A stretch of 32,000 bases of DNA from Chlamydiota bacterium (lineage in GTDB: Bacteria > Auribacterota > JACPWU01), in NCBI GenBank assembly GCA_016196885.1, contig JACPWU010000025.1:1-32000 (forward strand), in the 5' to 3' direction. Position 1 is the first letter of the stretch; each line of letters begins with the position of its first letter. This document shows positions 1-7,107 of the stretch, piece by piece. A program made the position numbers and the translations under genes. The notes under the pieces are model-generated. The model saw only the letters and a program-made list of their open reading frames with translations, was not told the origin of the DNA and searched no databases.

Positions 1-137
1 ACTTCACATGCTTCGTTACCTAACATGCGCAAAACTCGCTACACGGTGCTTGCCTCTCTTGCTTGTCGTGTCGGGACTAGAAATACTCTGTCTACTTCGC
101 ACCCGATAGCAGACGCCAGCTTCCCTGGCGTACATAT
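1..137 (-). ncRNA. Unassigned leader or small RNA transcribed from the 144-171 promoter and running off the left window edge
   Basis: It lies downstream of a near-consensus sigma70-type promoter. The 5' end carries the hairpin CGCCAG-GGAAG-CUGGCG (about 115-131). No RBS-preceded ORF is present on this strand. The sequence did not match any RNA family I could recognise. Confidence 0.3.
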
Positions 138-143
138 GTATAT

Positions 144-171
144 ATTATACATATTGATATGTATTTTTCAA
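144..171 (-). promoter_or_regulatory. Sigma70-like promoter: TTGAAA, 16 nt spacer, TATAAT
   Basis: On the minus strand the -35 TTGAAA is at 171-166 and a perfect -10 TATAAT is at 149-144, with a 16-nt spacer. It sits just downstream of the stop of the 203-1207 gene. Confidence 0.55.
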
Positions 172-202
172 CCTTTTTCCAATGGGCCATGGTCTACATT
201 TG

Positions 203-1207
203 TTAACTCACCCCATTCTGGGGTTTCCCGTTCGCAAAGCATTCCATGTTTTGGAGAGTGGTTTCGAGGATGCGGTTGAGGGCCTCGCGGCTGTTGAAGG
301 CCATGTGGGGAGTGATAACAACGTTTTCGCGGTGAAGGAGGATATGGTTTTGCACCAGAAGTCTCAATTTCTCTTCGGGGTAATTTTTGGAGAGAAGTTC
401 TTGCTCTTCCTTAATCATTTCCTCTTCCTCTAAGACATCCAAACCTGCACCCCTTAGAATCCCTGAGTCCAGGCCCTGGGTCAGGGCATGGGTATCCACG
501 AGTCCGCCGCGCGCGGTGTTGATGAGAAGAGCGCCTTTTTTAATCGTCTTTATTCTTTCTTCATTGATGAGATGATGGGTCTTGACATTGTAGGGACAAT
601 GAAGACTGATAATATCCGAGGAGGATAAAAGACAATCGAAAGGGACATATTCAAATCCGAGCACCTCGGCCAGAAAAGGCTGCGTCTGCGGATCATGGGC
701 CAGCACCTTCATCCCAAATCCCTTTGCCATTTGAATCACATGAAGCCCGATGCGGCCGGTTCCGATGATGCCCATGGTTTTACCCTTGAGGTCAAATCCT
801 TGAAGTCCTTCTAGGGAAAAGTCCCCGCGGGTTGTTCGAATGTAGGCCTTGTGGACATTGCGAGAGAGCGAAAGGATCAGGGCAAAGGTGTGTTCGGCCA
901 CGGTATTCTCGCCATAGTGGGGGACATTGACCACTTGGATTTTTCGAGCACGACACGTTGTCAAATCGATGTGATCAAACCCCGTGGAGCGTGTCGCGAT
1001 GAGTTGCAATTTGGGAAGGATCTTCAAGTGATCGGCCGAGACCTTGGAATAGATAAAGGTCGAGAGAATTTCGCAGTCGGGAATTTCTTTGAGTAATTTA
1101 AGGGAAATTTCCTCAGGAAAAATCTCGATCTCATGGTCTTTTAAGAATTTACTTTTCTTGAGAAAAGGCTTTTCCGACTGAGACACTTCAAAGAAGGCGA
1201 TTTTCAT
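203..1207 (-). CDS. D-isomer-specific 2-hydroxyacid dehydrogenase family protein (NAD-binding; LdhA/SerA-like)
   Basis: 334-aa ORF with the Rossmann motif GIIGTGRIGLHV and the family-typical NTARGGLVD and ITPHMAF segments. Its start forms a 4-nt ATGA overlap with the upstream cysC stop. Confidence 0.85.
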   Translation of the reverse strand: MKIAFFEVSQSEKPFLKKSKFLKDHEIEIFPEEISLKLLKEIPDCEILSTFIYSKVSADHLKILPKLQLIATRSTGFDHIDLTTCRARKIQVVNVPHYGENTVAEHTFALILSLSRNVHKAYIRTTRGDFSLEGLQGFDLKGKTMGIIGTGRIGLHVIQMAKGFGMKVLAHDPQTQPFLAEVLGFEYVPFDCLLSSSDIISLHCPYNVKTHHLINEERIKTIKKGALLINTARGGLVDTHALTQGLDSGILRGAGLDVLEEEEMIKEEQELLSKNYPEEKLRLLVQNHILLHRENVVITPHMAFNSREALNRILETTLQNMECFANGKPQNGVS

Positions 1208-1776
1208 TTCATTTTTTGGGTCTTTTTAAAATGATCCAATTCCTCAGAGGTTAAATATTTTAATTCATAAAGTTTTGTCATCACTTTTTCCACACTGGAC
1301 TTGACGCTTTCCCCATCTGAATAAACGGTCACTTCAGGGTGAAGGGGTTCTTCATAAGGATCTGAGACCCCTGTAAAATTGCCAATTTCGCCGGCCAAGG
1401 CCTTTTTGTAAAGGCCTTTCACGTCACGTTTGGCCAAAGTCTCAAGAGAACATTTCATATAGACTTCGACAAAATTTTTAATGTCTTTTCGGATTTCTTC
1501 TCGGACTTCTCGGTAGGGAGAAATGGCGGCTGAGATTGCGATCACGTCATTTCGGGAAAGAAGCTTACAGACAAAGCCAATTCTTTGAATGTTGATGTCG
1601 CGGTCAACTTTACTAAAGGTGAGGCCTTTGCTGAGGTGGGTACGGACTTCATCTCCGTCTAAAACTTCGACTTTTTTCCCAAGGCTTTTAAGCTCTTGAG
1701 CAACCGCTCGAGCAAGGGTGGATTTTCCTGAGCCGGATAAGCCTGTGAACCAAAGGGTAAAGTCACCGTTGGACAC
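1204..1776 (-). CDS. cysC: Adenylylsulfate (APS) kinase
   Basis: 190 aa with the P-loop GLSGSGKSTLA, and the size and layout typical of CysC. GTG start with AGGAGA 8 nt upstream. Confidence 0.9.
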   Translation of the reverse strand: MSNGDFTLWFTGLSGSGKSTLARAVAQELKSLGKKVEVLDGDEVRTHLSKGLTFSKVDRDINIQRIGFVCKLLSRNDVIAISAAISPYREVREEIRKDIKNFVEVYMKCSLETLAKRDVKGLYKKALAGEIGNFTGVSDPYEEPLHPEVTVYSDGESVKSSVEKVMTKLYELKYLTSEELDHFKKTQKMK

Positions 1777-1793
1777 TTTTTGATTCTCCTGAT

Positions 1794-2033
1794 TTATTCC
1801 ATCACATCTTGCTCAATGGGCTTTACTTTGATGCCTAAGTCCTTGATGTATTGAACGGCTTTTGTGATTTCACTTTGTTCTCCATCTAATTCTAGTCCAA
1901 TGACGCCAATGCCGGAACTGACCGTGGCGCTTCGAATGTTTGTGACCACTTTGAACTTCTGGCCCACATTGTAAATCACAGGCTCTTTGATGAGCTTCTC
2001 AGGATATGTGATGTAAATTCTGGTTTTTGGCAT
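1794..2033 (-). CDS. NIL-domain (MetN C-terminal-like, ferredoxin-fold) small protein
   Basis: 79 aa. The pattern EPVIYNVGQKFKVVTNIRSATV...GLELDG...IKDLGIKVKPIE matches stand-alone NIL-domain proteins found in sulfur and methionine gene clusters. Confidence 0.7.
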   Translation of the reverse strand: MPKTRIYITYPEKLIKEPVIYNVGQKFKVVTNIRSATVSSGIGVIGLELDGEQSEITKAVQYIKDLGIKVKPIEQDVME

Positions 2034-2084
2034 AAGTTTTTCTCTTTTACGAAGTCCGATGTTCGAAGTACAATGTACGGACTA
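2034..2084 (-). other. Intercistronic hairpin motif, copy 2 (starts at the TAG stop of the MoaD-like gene)
   Basis: Minus-strand RNA reads GUAGUCCGUACAU...GAACAUCGGACUUCGUAAAAGAGAAAAAC, with stem AGUCCG/CGGACU. It is homologous to the motif at 2379-2420. Confidence 0.5.
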
Positions 2085-2366
2085 CAGTCTTTTCCCCCCT
2101 GCAATCGCCGGAACAATGGAAACATCATCTCCCTCTTTAACCGTCGTTTGCATATTCTGTTTGAATCGAATGTCCTCTTCATTGATAAAAATATTGATAA
2201 ATTTTCGAACATTTCCAGAATCATCGCAGAGTCTGGCCTTCATGCCGGGATAATTTTTTTCAAGATTCTCAATGAGCTCTGCAATATTTTTAGCATTCAC
2301 AGGGATTTCGCCCTGTCCGTTGGTCAACTTTCTTAAAGGGGTTGGGACACGTACGATCACTGACAT
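2082..2366 (-). CDS. MoaD/ThiS-family ubiquitin-like sulfur-carrier protein; the GG is followed by a 3-residue tail (KRL)
   Basis: Small beta-grasp-like ORF ending ...VSIVPAIAGGKRL. GGAGG abuts the first ATG (2372) and lies 6 nt upstream of the second ATG (2366), so I prefer 2366 as the start. The track ORF is 2082-2372. Confidence 0.75.
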   Translation of the reverse strand: MSVIVRVPTPLRKLTNGQGEIPVNAKNIAELIENLEKNYPGMKARLCDDSGNVRKFINIFINEEDIRFKQNMQTTVKEGDDVSIVPAIAGGKRL

Positions 2367-2378
2367 TTTCATCCTCCG

Positions 2379-2420
2379 TTTTTCTATTTTGACGAAGTTC
2401 GATGTTCTATGTACGAACTA
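2379..2420 (-). other. Intercistronic hairpin motif, copy 1 (starts at the TAG stop of the ThrC-like gene)
   Basis: Minus-strand RNA reads GUAGUUCGUACAUAGAACAUCGAACUUCGUCAAAAUAGAAAAAC, with stem AGUUCG/CGAACU. The U-A pair here corresponds to a C-G pair in copy 2. Confidence 0.5.
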
Positions 2421-3665
2421 CGGTTTTTTATAGATTCTATCAAATTCAGACAATTTTGCGTCAATCAATTCAGGCACACCCACTTTTCCGACCAGGGCCT
2501 CTTGGGTTTTAAGGCCATTGCCCGTGATCGAGAGCACCACTGATTCGTCAGGTGGGATGTGTCCCGATTGAATTAATTTTTTCAAGGCCGCCAAGGTGAC
2601 GCCACCTGCGGTCTCTGTAAAAATGCCTTCTGTGGTAGCCAAAAGCTTCATCGCTTCTACAATTTCTTCATCCGTGGCTGTAGCGGCCCAGCCTCCGCTT
2701 TCTTTAATGGCTTTAATGGCATAATAGCCATCCGCAGGATTTCCGATGGCCAGGGACTTGGCAATGGTATTGGGTTTTTCAGGTTTGAATAAATCATTCC
2801 CTGCGATCACCGCATGCACAATGGGCCCGCAGCCTTCCGCTTGGGCTCCGTGCATTTTGGTGGAGGCATCTTCCGTGAGACCCAAATCGTAAAATTCCTT
2901 AATGGCTTTTTTTACTTTCGTGATAAGAGAGCCGCCCGCCATGGGGACTACAACGTGTTGGGGGGCACGCCAGCCGAGTTGTTCTAAAATTTCATAGGTA
3001 TAAGTTTTGGAGCCTTCTCCGTAAAAGGGGCGAATATTGATATTCACGAAGGCCCAGCCGTATTTGTCCGCGATTTCGCTACACAGGCGGTTGACCTCGT
3101 CATAATTCCCGCGAATGCCGATGACGTGACTTCCGAAGACGAGGGTTCCGAGAACTTTTCCTTGCTCCAAATCCGCCGGAATAAAAATATAACTTTCGAG
3201 CCCTGCCTGGGCTGCATTGGCTGCGAGGGAGTTGGCCAAATTTCCGGTCGAGGCACAGGCGACGATGTTCATCCCAAATTCTTTGGCCTTGGAAAGGGCA
3301 ACTGCGACCACACGGTCCTTAAAAGAAAGGGTCGGAAAATTCACTGCATCATTTTTGATGTAAAGTTCTTTGAGCCCTAAAGTTTGCGCCAAACGCCTTG
3401 AGCGATAAAAAGGGGTGTATCCCACTTCTAGCCCCACTGTAGGATCTTGATCCAAGGGAAGCAGTTCTTGATAGCGCCACATGGTGTGCTTTCGAGAGAG
3501 AATTTTCTCTCGCGTGAGCACTTTTTTAATGGCGGCATAATCGTAAACCGCTTCTAGAGGTCCAAAACAATCTTCACAGACATGATGAGGTTGGATGGGG
3601 TATTCCTTCAGGCATTCTCGACAGCGTAAACCTAGCGTGTAAGATTTTGTCTTCGTAATAGACAT
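2418..3665 (-). CDS. Threonine-synthase-family PLP enzyme with an N-terminal Cys-rich zinc-ribbon-like segment
   Basis: 415 aa. It carries the PLP-lysine motif LSFKDR, an N-terminal CRECLKEY...CEDC segment and a Gly-rich PLP-phosphate loop region. It is the first gene after the SAM riboswitch. Confidence 0.85.
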   Translation of the reverse strand: MSITKTKSYTLGLRCRECLKEYPIQPHHVCEDCFGPLEAVYDYAAIKKVLTREKILSRKHTMWRYQELLPLDQDPTVGLEVGYTPFYRSRRLAQTLGLKELYIKNDAVNFPTLSFKDRVVAVALSKAKEFGMNIVACASTGNLANSLAANAAQAGLESYIFIPADLEQGKVLGTLVFGSHVIGIRGNYDEVNRLCSEIADKYGWAFVNINIRPFYGEGSKTYTYEILEQLGWRAPQHVVVPMAGGSLITKVKKAIKEFYDLGLTEDASTKMHGAQAEGCGPIVHAVIAGNDLFKPEKPNTIAKSLAIGNPADGYYAIKAIKESGGWAATATDEEIVEAMKLLATTEGIFTETAGGVTLAALKKLIQSGHIPPDESVVLSITGNGLKTQEALVGKVGVPELIDAKLSEFDRIYKKP

Positions 3666-3687
3666 TGTTTATTCCCTTTATACAGGC

Positions 3688-3715
3688 AAAAAAAAACCTC
3701 TTCGATAAGAAGAGG
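3688..3715 (-). terminator. Intrinsic terminator forming the SAM riboswitch expression platform
   Basis: Minus-strand stem CCUCUUC-UUAUC-GAAGAGG is followed by a run of nine U. The 5' arm is complementary to the 3' part of the aptamer (GAAGAUAAGAG), which provides an antiterminator alternative. Confidence 0.85.
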
Positions 3716-3728
3716 TATCAAAGCCTCT

Positions 3729-3844
3729 CTCTTATCTTCCTCTTCATTTTGAAGAGCAGGAGTTAGCACCGATTTCTCACCCGAAGGCTTAAAACGGTTG
3801 CCGTGGCATCTCAGGGCCTTTCCCTCAGCCACTCTGGATAAGAG
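3729..3844 (-). promoter_or_regulatory. SAM-I (S-box) riboswitch aptamer
   Basis: The minus strand reads CUCUUAUCCAGAGUGGCUGAGGGAAAGGCCCUGAGAUGCCACGGCAACC...GGUGCUAACUCCUGC...GAAGAUAAGAG. This shows P1 CUCUUAUC/GAUAAGAG and the conserved GAGGGA, GGCCC, GCAACC and GGUGCUAA blocks. Confidence 0.9.
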
Positions 3845-3858
3845 CGTTATGTGGAGAA

Positions 3859-3888
3859 AATATCTCATAAGGGTGGATAGCATGTCAA
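3859..3888 (-). promoter_or_regulatory. Promoter of the riboswitch-controlled operon (TTGACA, 18 nt spacer, GATATT)
   Basis: On the minus strand TTGACA is at 3888-3883 and GATATT at 3864-3859, placing a start site roughly 10 nt upstream of aptamer P1. Confidence 0.5.
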
Positions 3889-3904
3889 GGTAAAAAACAA
3901 GCCC

Positions 3905-4207
3905 TGTGTAGTAGGATCGTGTATTCAAAAGTGTGTCCTTTTATGGATGCGGGTGGCCCGACAGGGGGTCCCCCGCTGATCGCCAGCAGGTCGAGACTTG
4001 AAAAATGACTCTTCAAAAACCAAACCGAGACCGACCCCACAGGGGCTATAACCTCTGTGCCGTCAGTTGATAAACGAAAAATAACATTTACTACCGCGAT
4101 AAGTTTTTCTGCCACCGGCAGAAAAACTTACCTTGCTGGGTGAGGAGGGACAGGACCCGCCTCCTCTTAAAAGGACACACTTTTAAATACACGACCTGTA
4201 GCAGGAA
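3905..4207. ncRNA. Unassigned GC-rich structured element closed by a long-range helix of about 35 bp
   Basis: Segment 3909-3946 is near-perfectly complementary to 4168-4207, with a core AAAAGUGUGUCCUUUUA / UAAAAGGACACACUUUU. Inner complementary pairs are GAUGCGGGU/ACCCGCCUC and CCAGCAGG/CCUUGCUGG. Internal hairpins are CACAGGGG-CUAUAA-CCUCUGUG and AAGUUUUUCUGCC-ACC-GGCAGAAAAACUU. There is no credible ORF. The strand is unresolved; a U-tract follows the element on the minus strand. Confidence 0.4.
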
Positions 4208-4286
4208 ACCTCTGAGAAACTCGTTAAAGTTGTCATCACATTCGCTTCGCTATTTTATTGTGTGATTTTTTTTAAATGGATGCGTC

Positions 4287-4315
4287 TTGACAAAGTCGTA
4301 CTTACATTGTATATC
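4287..4315 (+). promoter_or_regulatory. Promoter of the antitoxin-doc operon (TTGACA, 17 nt spacer, TATATC)
   Basis: TTGACA at 4287-4292, a 17-nt spacer, TATATC at 4310-4315, and TG at 4308-4309. Confidence 0.5.
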
Positions 4316-4344
4316 TAAAGTAAGTACTAAAGGAGATGATTCCT

Positions 4345-4572
4345 ATGGTTAAACATCTAACCCTTCATGGAAATAGTTCGGCTCTGATCATTGAAAAACC
4401 TATTTTAAAACTTCTTCATATCAGTCAGAAAACACCTTTAGAAGTGACAACAGATGGGCGTAATTTGATTATCTCTCCTGTGAAAAGTTCTAAAAGAGAA
4501 GGCCTAATGAGTATCGCTTTGGCCAAGGTCAATCACAGGCATGGTAAAACCCTTCAATCCTTGGCGGAGTGA
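4345..4572 (+). CDS. AbrB/SpoVT (MazE/Phd-like) antitoxin
   Basis: A small ORF immediately upstream of, and overlapping, a Doc toxin gene. The N-terminal part (LTLHGNSSALIIEKPILKLLHI...LEVTTDGRNLIISP) looks like a swapped-hairpin beta-barrel. AGGAG lies 9 nt before the ATG at 4345, whereas the track start at 4336 abuts the SD. Confidence 0.7.
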   Translation: MVKHLTLHGNSSALIIEKPILKLLHISQKTPLEVTTDGRNLIISPVKSSKREGLMSIALAKVNHRHGKTLQSLAE

Positions 4573-4969
4573 ATCTCTTTTGAAAAATATTCTTTTTCTG
4601 ACCTTGGCAGAAGTGATTATGATCCATAACAATCAGATTGAGCTGTATGGGGGTCGTGGGGGTGTTCAGGATATGCGTCTTTTGGAATCTGCCTTGGCAC
4701 AACCACAGGCCCAATTTCAGGGTGTATGGTTGCATCCCGATCTTTTTGAAATGGCTTCGGCTTATGCTTTTCACATTTCTCAAAATCATCCTTTTATGGA
4801 TGGGAATAAACGTACTGCTCTTGCTTGTGCTCTTGTATTCTTGGAGATCAATGGTGTTTCTCTGTTGGATCCAAAGCAAAAATTATTAGGTGCTGCTTGG
4901 AGGTTAGCAGGAGGAGAGTTGAATAAAAAAAAATTCTCAGATCTTTTGAGAAGTCTTCCTGAAGAATAA
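4541..4969 (+). CDS. doc: Doc (death-on-curing) Fic-family toxin
   Basis: It carries the Doc-type Fic motif HPFMDGNKRTA. The start is uncertain: ATG 4541 overlaps the antitoxin by 32 nt, while TTG 4580 gives the typical MKNILFLTLAEV N-terminus. Confidence 0.85.
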   Translation: MVKPFNPWRSESLLKNILFLTLAEVIMIHNNQIELYGGRGGVQDMRLLESALAQPQAQFQGVWLHPDLFEMASAYAFHISQNHPFMDGNKRTALACALVFLEINGVSLLDPKQKLLGAAWRLAGGELNKKKFSDLLRSLPEE

Positions 4970-4970
4970 A

Positions 4971-6824
4971 TTATGAGTTTCTATCTTCCAACGCCTTGTG
5001 TGAGCGGGAGGCCGATTTTCGCTCGATTTCGTTGAGCACCCTTTTTCTCAGGCGAATGCTTTTGGGGGTGACTTCGACCCGTTCATCATCTTCAATATAT
5101 TCTAGGGCTAGCTCCAGCGTCCATTCTCTGTGCGGCGTCAAACGAATGGCCTCGTCTGATCCAGAGGCACGCATGTTGGTCAATTTCTTTTCTTTGATCG
5201 CATTGACGACGAGGTCATTGCCCTTGTTGTTCTCGCCTACGATCATGCCTTCATAAAGATCAGCCCCTGGTCCCACAAAGAGCATACCGCGCTCTTGTAA
5301 ATTGTTGAGGGCAAAAGCCACGGTCTTTCCGAATCCTTGAGAAATAAGAACGCCCGTTTGCCTTCTTTCGATGCCCCCTTTATAAGGCTGATATTCTAAA
5401 AAGACGTGATACATGATAATGGTCCCTCGTGTGAGGGTCATACATTCCCCACGGAAGCCTAAAAGACCGCGAGAGGGAATGGTGAATTCCATGCGGAGGT
5501 TTCCCGAAGAAGTTTTCTCCATGTGTGTCATGGTTGCTTTGCGGGGCCCAAGGGCTTGAAGGACGACTCCTTGATATTGTTCTTCGATTTCAATGACCAG
5601 ATTTTCGACGGGTTCCAAAATTTCTTTTCCCATTTCTTTTAAGATCACTTCGGGACGGGAAACTTCAAGCTCGTAGCCTTCCCGCCGCATGGTCTCGATG
5701 AGAATAGCCAGTTGGAGCTCGCCTCGACCCGATACTTTCAGGGCTTCACCCTCCTGTGTTTCTTCAACATGGATTCCGATATTGGTTCTGGCCTCTTGAA
5801 TCAATCTTTCTCGCACGTGTCTTGAAGTCAAAAATTTTCCACCATCTTTTCCAGCCAGGGGGCTGGAATTGTGCGCGAATGTCATTGAGATCGTGGGTTC
5901 ATCAATTTTAATGAGAGGCAGGGCCTCTGGATTTTCAGAATCCGCGACCGTTTCTCCGACATTCAATTTTTCAAGACCCGCGATGCAAACAATGTCTCCG
6001 GCGCTGACTTCCTGAACAGGGATTCTCTGCATTCCGCGATAAGTGAAAAGTCCTGTAATTTTTCCTTTGATTTGGGTGCCGTCGCTTTTAATCAGCGTGA
6101 CAGGGCTTGCAATTTTCATCTTCCCGTGGTAAATACGCCCCATTCCCAGAACTCCGAGATAATCATCATAGTCCAACATGGTGATAAGCATCTGCAGAGG
6201 TTTTTCAGGATTTGCGATCGGGGGAAGTACCCGGTGAATCAATGTTTCAAAAAGGGGTTTTAAATCTTGGCTTTCATCTTTCAAATCTATCCAAGCCTTG
6301 CCTTCTCTTCCTGAGGCATACACCACTGCAAAGTCTAATTGCTCATCTGAAGCGTTCAGATCGCAAAAAAGATCAAAGGTTTGATCTAAGACCTCATGCG
6401 GTCGGGCATTCGGACGATCCACTTTATTGATGATGACGACAGGCTTTAAATGTAATTCAAGCGATTTTTTGAGGACAAATTTTGTCTGGGGCATGGGGCC
6501 TTCAAAGGCATCTACGAGAAGAAGGACGCCATCGACCATTTTAAGAATACGTTCCACCTCGCTTCCAAAATCCGCATGGCCGGGGGTATCCACAATATTG
6601 ATGCGGACGCCTTTGTATTCGACAGAGGCTATTTTGGAGAAAATAGTAATGCCCCGTTCTCGCTCTAGCTCATTCGTGTCCATGAGCCTTTCGGTGATTT
6701 CCTCGGTCGGCTTAAACTCCCCGCTTTGACGTAAAAGTGCATCGACCAGGGTTGTTTTTCCGTGGTCTACATGAGCGATAATCGCAATATTTCTAATCTC
6801 TGGACGTCTTTTTTCAGCACTCAT
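4971..6824 (-). CDS. typA: Translational GTPase TypA/BipA
   Basis: 617 aa with G1 AHVDHGKTTL, G3 DTPGHADF and G4 NKVD, plus EF-G-like domain order with the TypA-specific C-terminal region. Confidence 0.95.
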   Translation of the reverse strand: MSAEKRRPEIRNIAIIAHVDHGKTTLVDALLRQSGEFKPTEEITERLMDTNELERERGITIFSKIASVEYKGVRINIVDTPGHADFGSEVERILKMVDGVLLLVDAFEGPMPQTKFVLKKSLELHLKPVVIINKVDRPNARPHEVLDQTFDLFCDLNASDEQLDFAVVYASGREGKAWIDLKDESQDLKPLFETLIHRVLPPIANPEKPLQMLITMLDYDDYLGVLGMGRIYHGKMKIASPVTLIKSDGTQIKGKITGLFTYRGMQRIPVQEVSAGDIVCIAGLEKLNVGETVADSENPEALPLIKIDEPTISMTFAHNSSPLAGKDGGKFLTSRHVRERLIQEARTNIGIHVEETQEGEALKVSGRGELQLAILIETMRREGYELEVSRPEVILKEMGKEILEPVENLVIEIEEQYQGVVLQALGPRKATMTHMEKTSSGNLRMEFTIPSRGLLGFRGECMTLTRGTIIMYHVFLEYQPYKGGIERRQTGVLISQGFGKTVAFALNNLQERGMLFVGPGADLYEGMIVGENNKGNDLVVNAIKEKKLTNMRASGSDEAIRLTPHREWTLELALEYIEDDERVEVTPKSIRLRKRVLNEIERKSASRSHKALEDRNS

Positions 6825-7107
6825 CTTTCCTTCATACTGTGAGAAACATGGAATATAATCTTTAAAAGGTTTTTCGCCTCACAGTACTAGCCCACATTTA
6901 AACTTTAATTTAAGGAATAGCTTAGCAAGGTGGTACATCTTACCATGGTTTTGGTAAAGAGCAAGGGTGGAAAATATATCAAAAATCAAAATGCAAATAT
7001 CAAAATGACAAATCAAAATGTAAAAATTCTTCACTTTAAAGCCAAGAGGGTTTCTTTTTGATATTTGCATTGTCATTTTAATTTTTGCTATGAAAGTCGG
7101 GCTCATT

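Noticed and set aside
1-137. Possible tmRNA (ssrA) 3' region on the minus strand, because of the ...ACGAAGCAUGUGAAGU segment
   Set aside because: The promoter-defined 5' end leaves only ~135 nt plus whatever lies off-window. There is no GGGG...UUCGAC 5' acceptor segment and no tag-reading frame. A full-length tmRNA would have to overlap the 203-1207 CDS.
3632-4115. Track ORFs 3632-3928 and 3885-4115 (minus strand)
   Set aside because: They run through the SAM riboswitch, its promoter and the structured element. They have no RBS and an odd composition, so they are almost certainly non-coding.
3905-4207. RNase P RNA, SRP RNA, 6S RNA, or cobalamin/TPP/lysine riboswitch identity for the structured element
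   Set aside because: I could not find the diagnostic cores: GAGGAAAGUCC and ACAGAAnnnGGCUUA for RNase P, GGAAG..AGCAGC for SRP, the B12 box, or the THI box CUGAGA...ACCUGA context. The enclosed ~220 nt is too short for RNase P. It is kept as an unassigned element instead.
6879-7106. 75-aa minus-strand ORF upstream of typA
   Set aside because: It is encoded by AT-rich iteron and inverted-repeat DNA, has no RBS and an implausible sequence.
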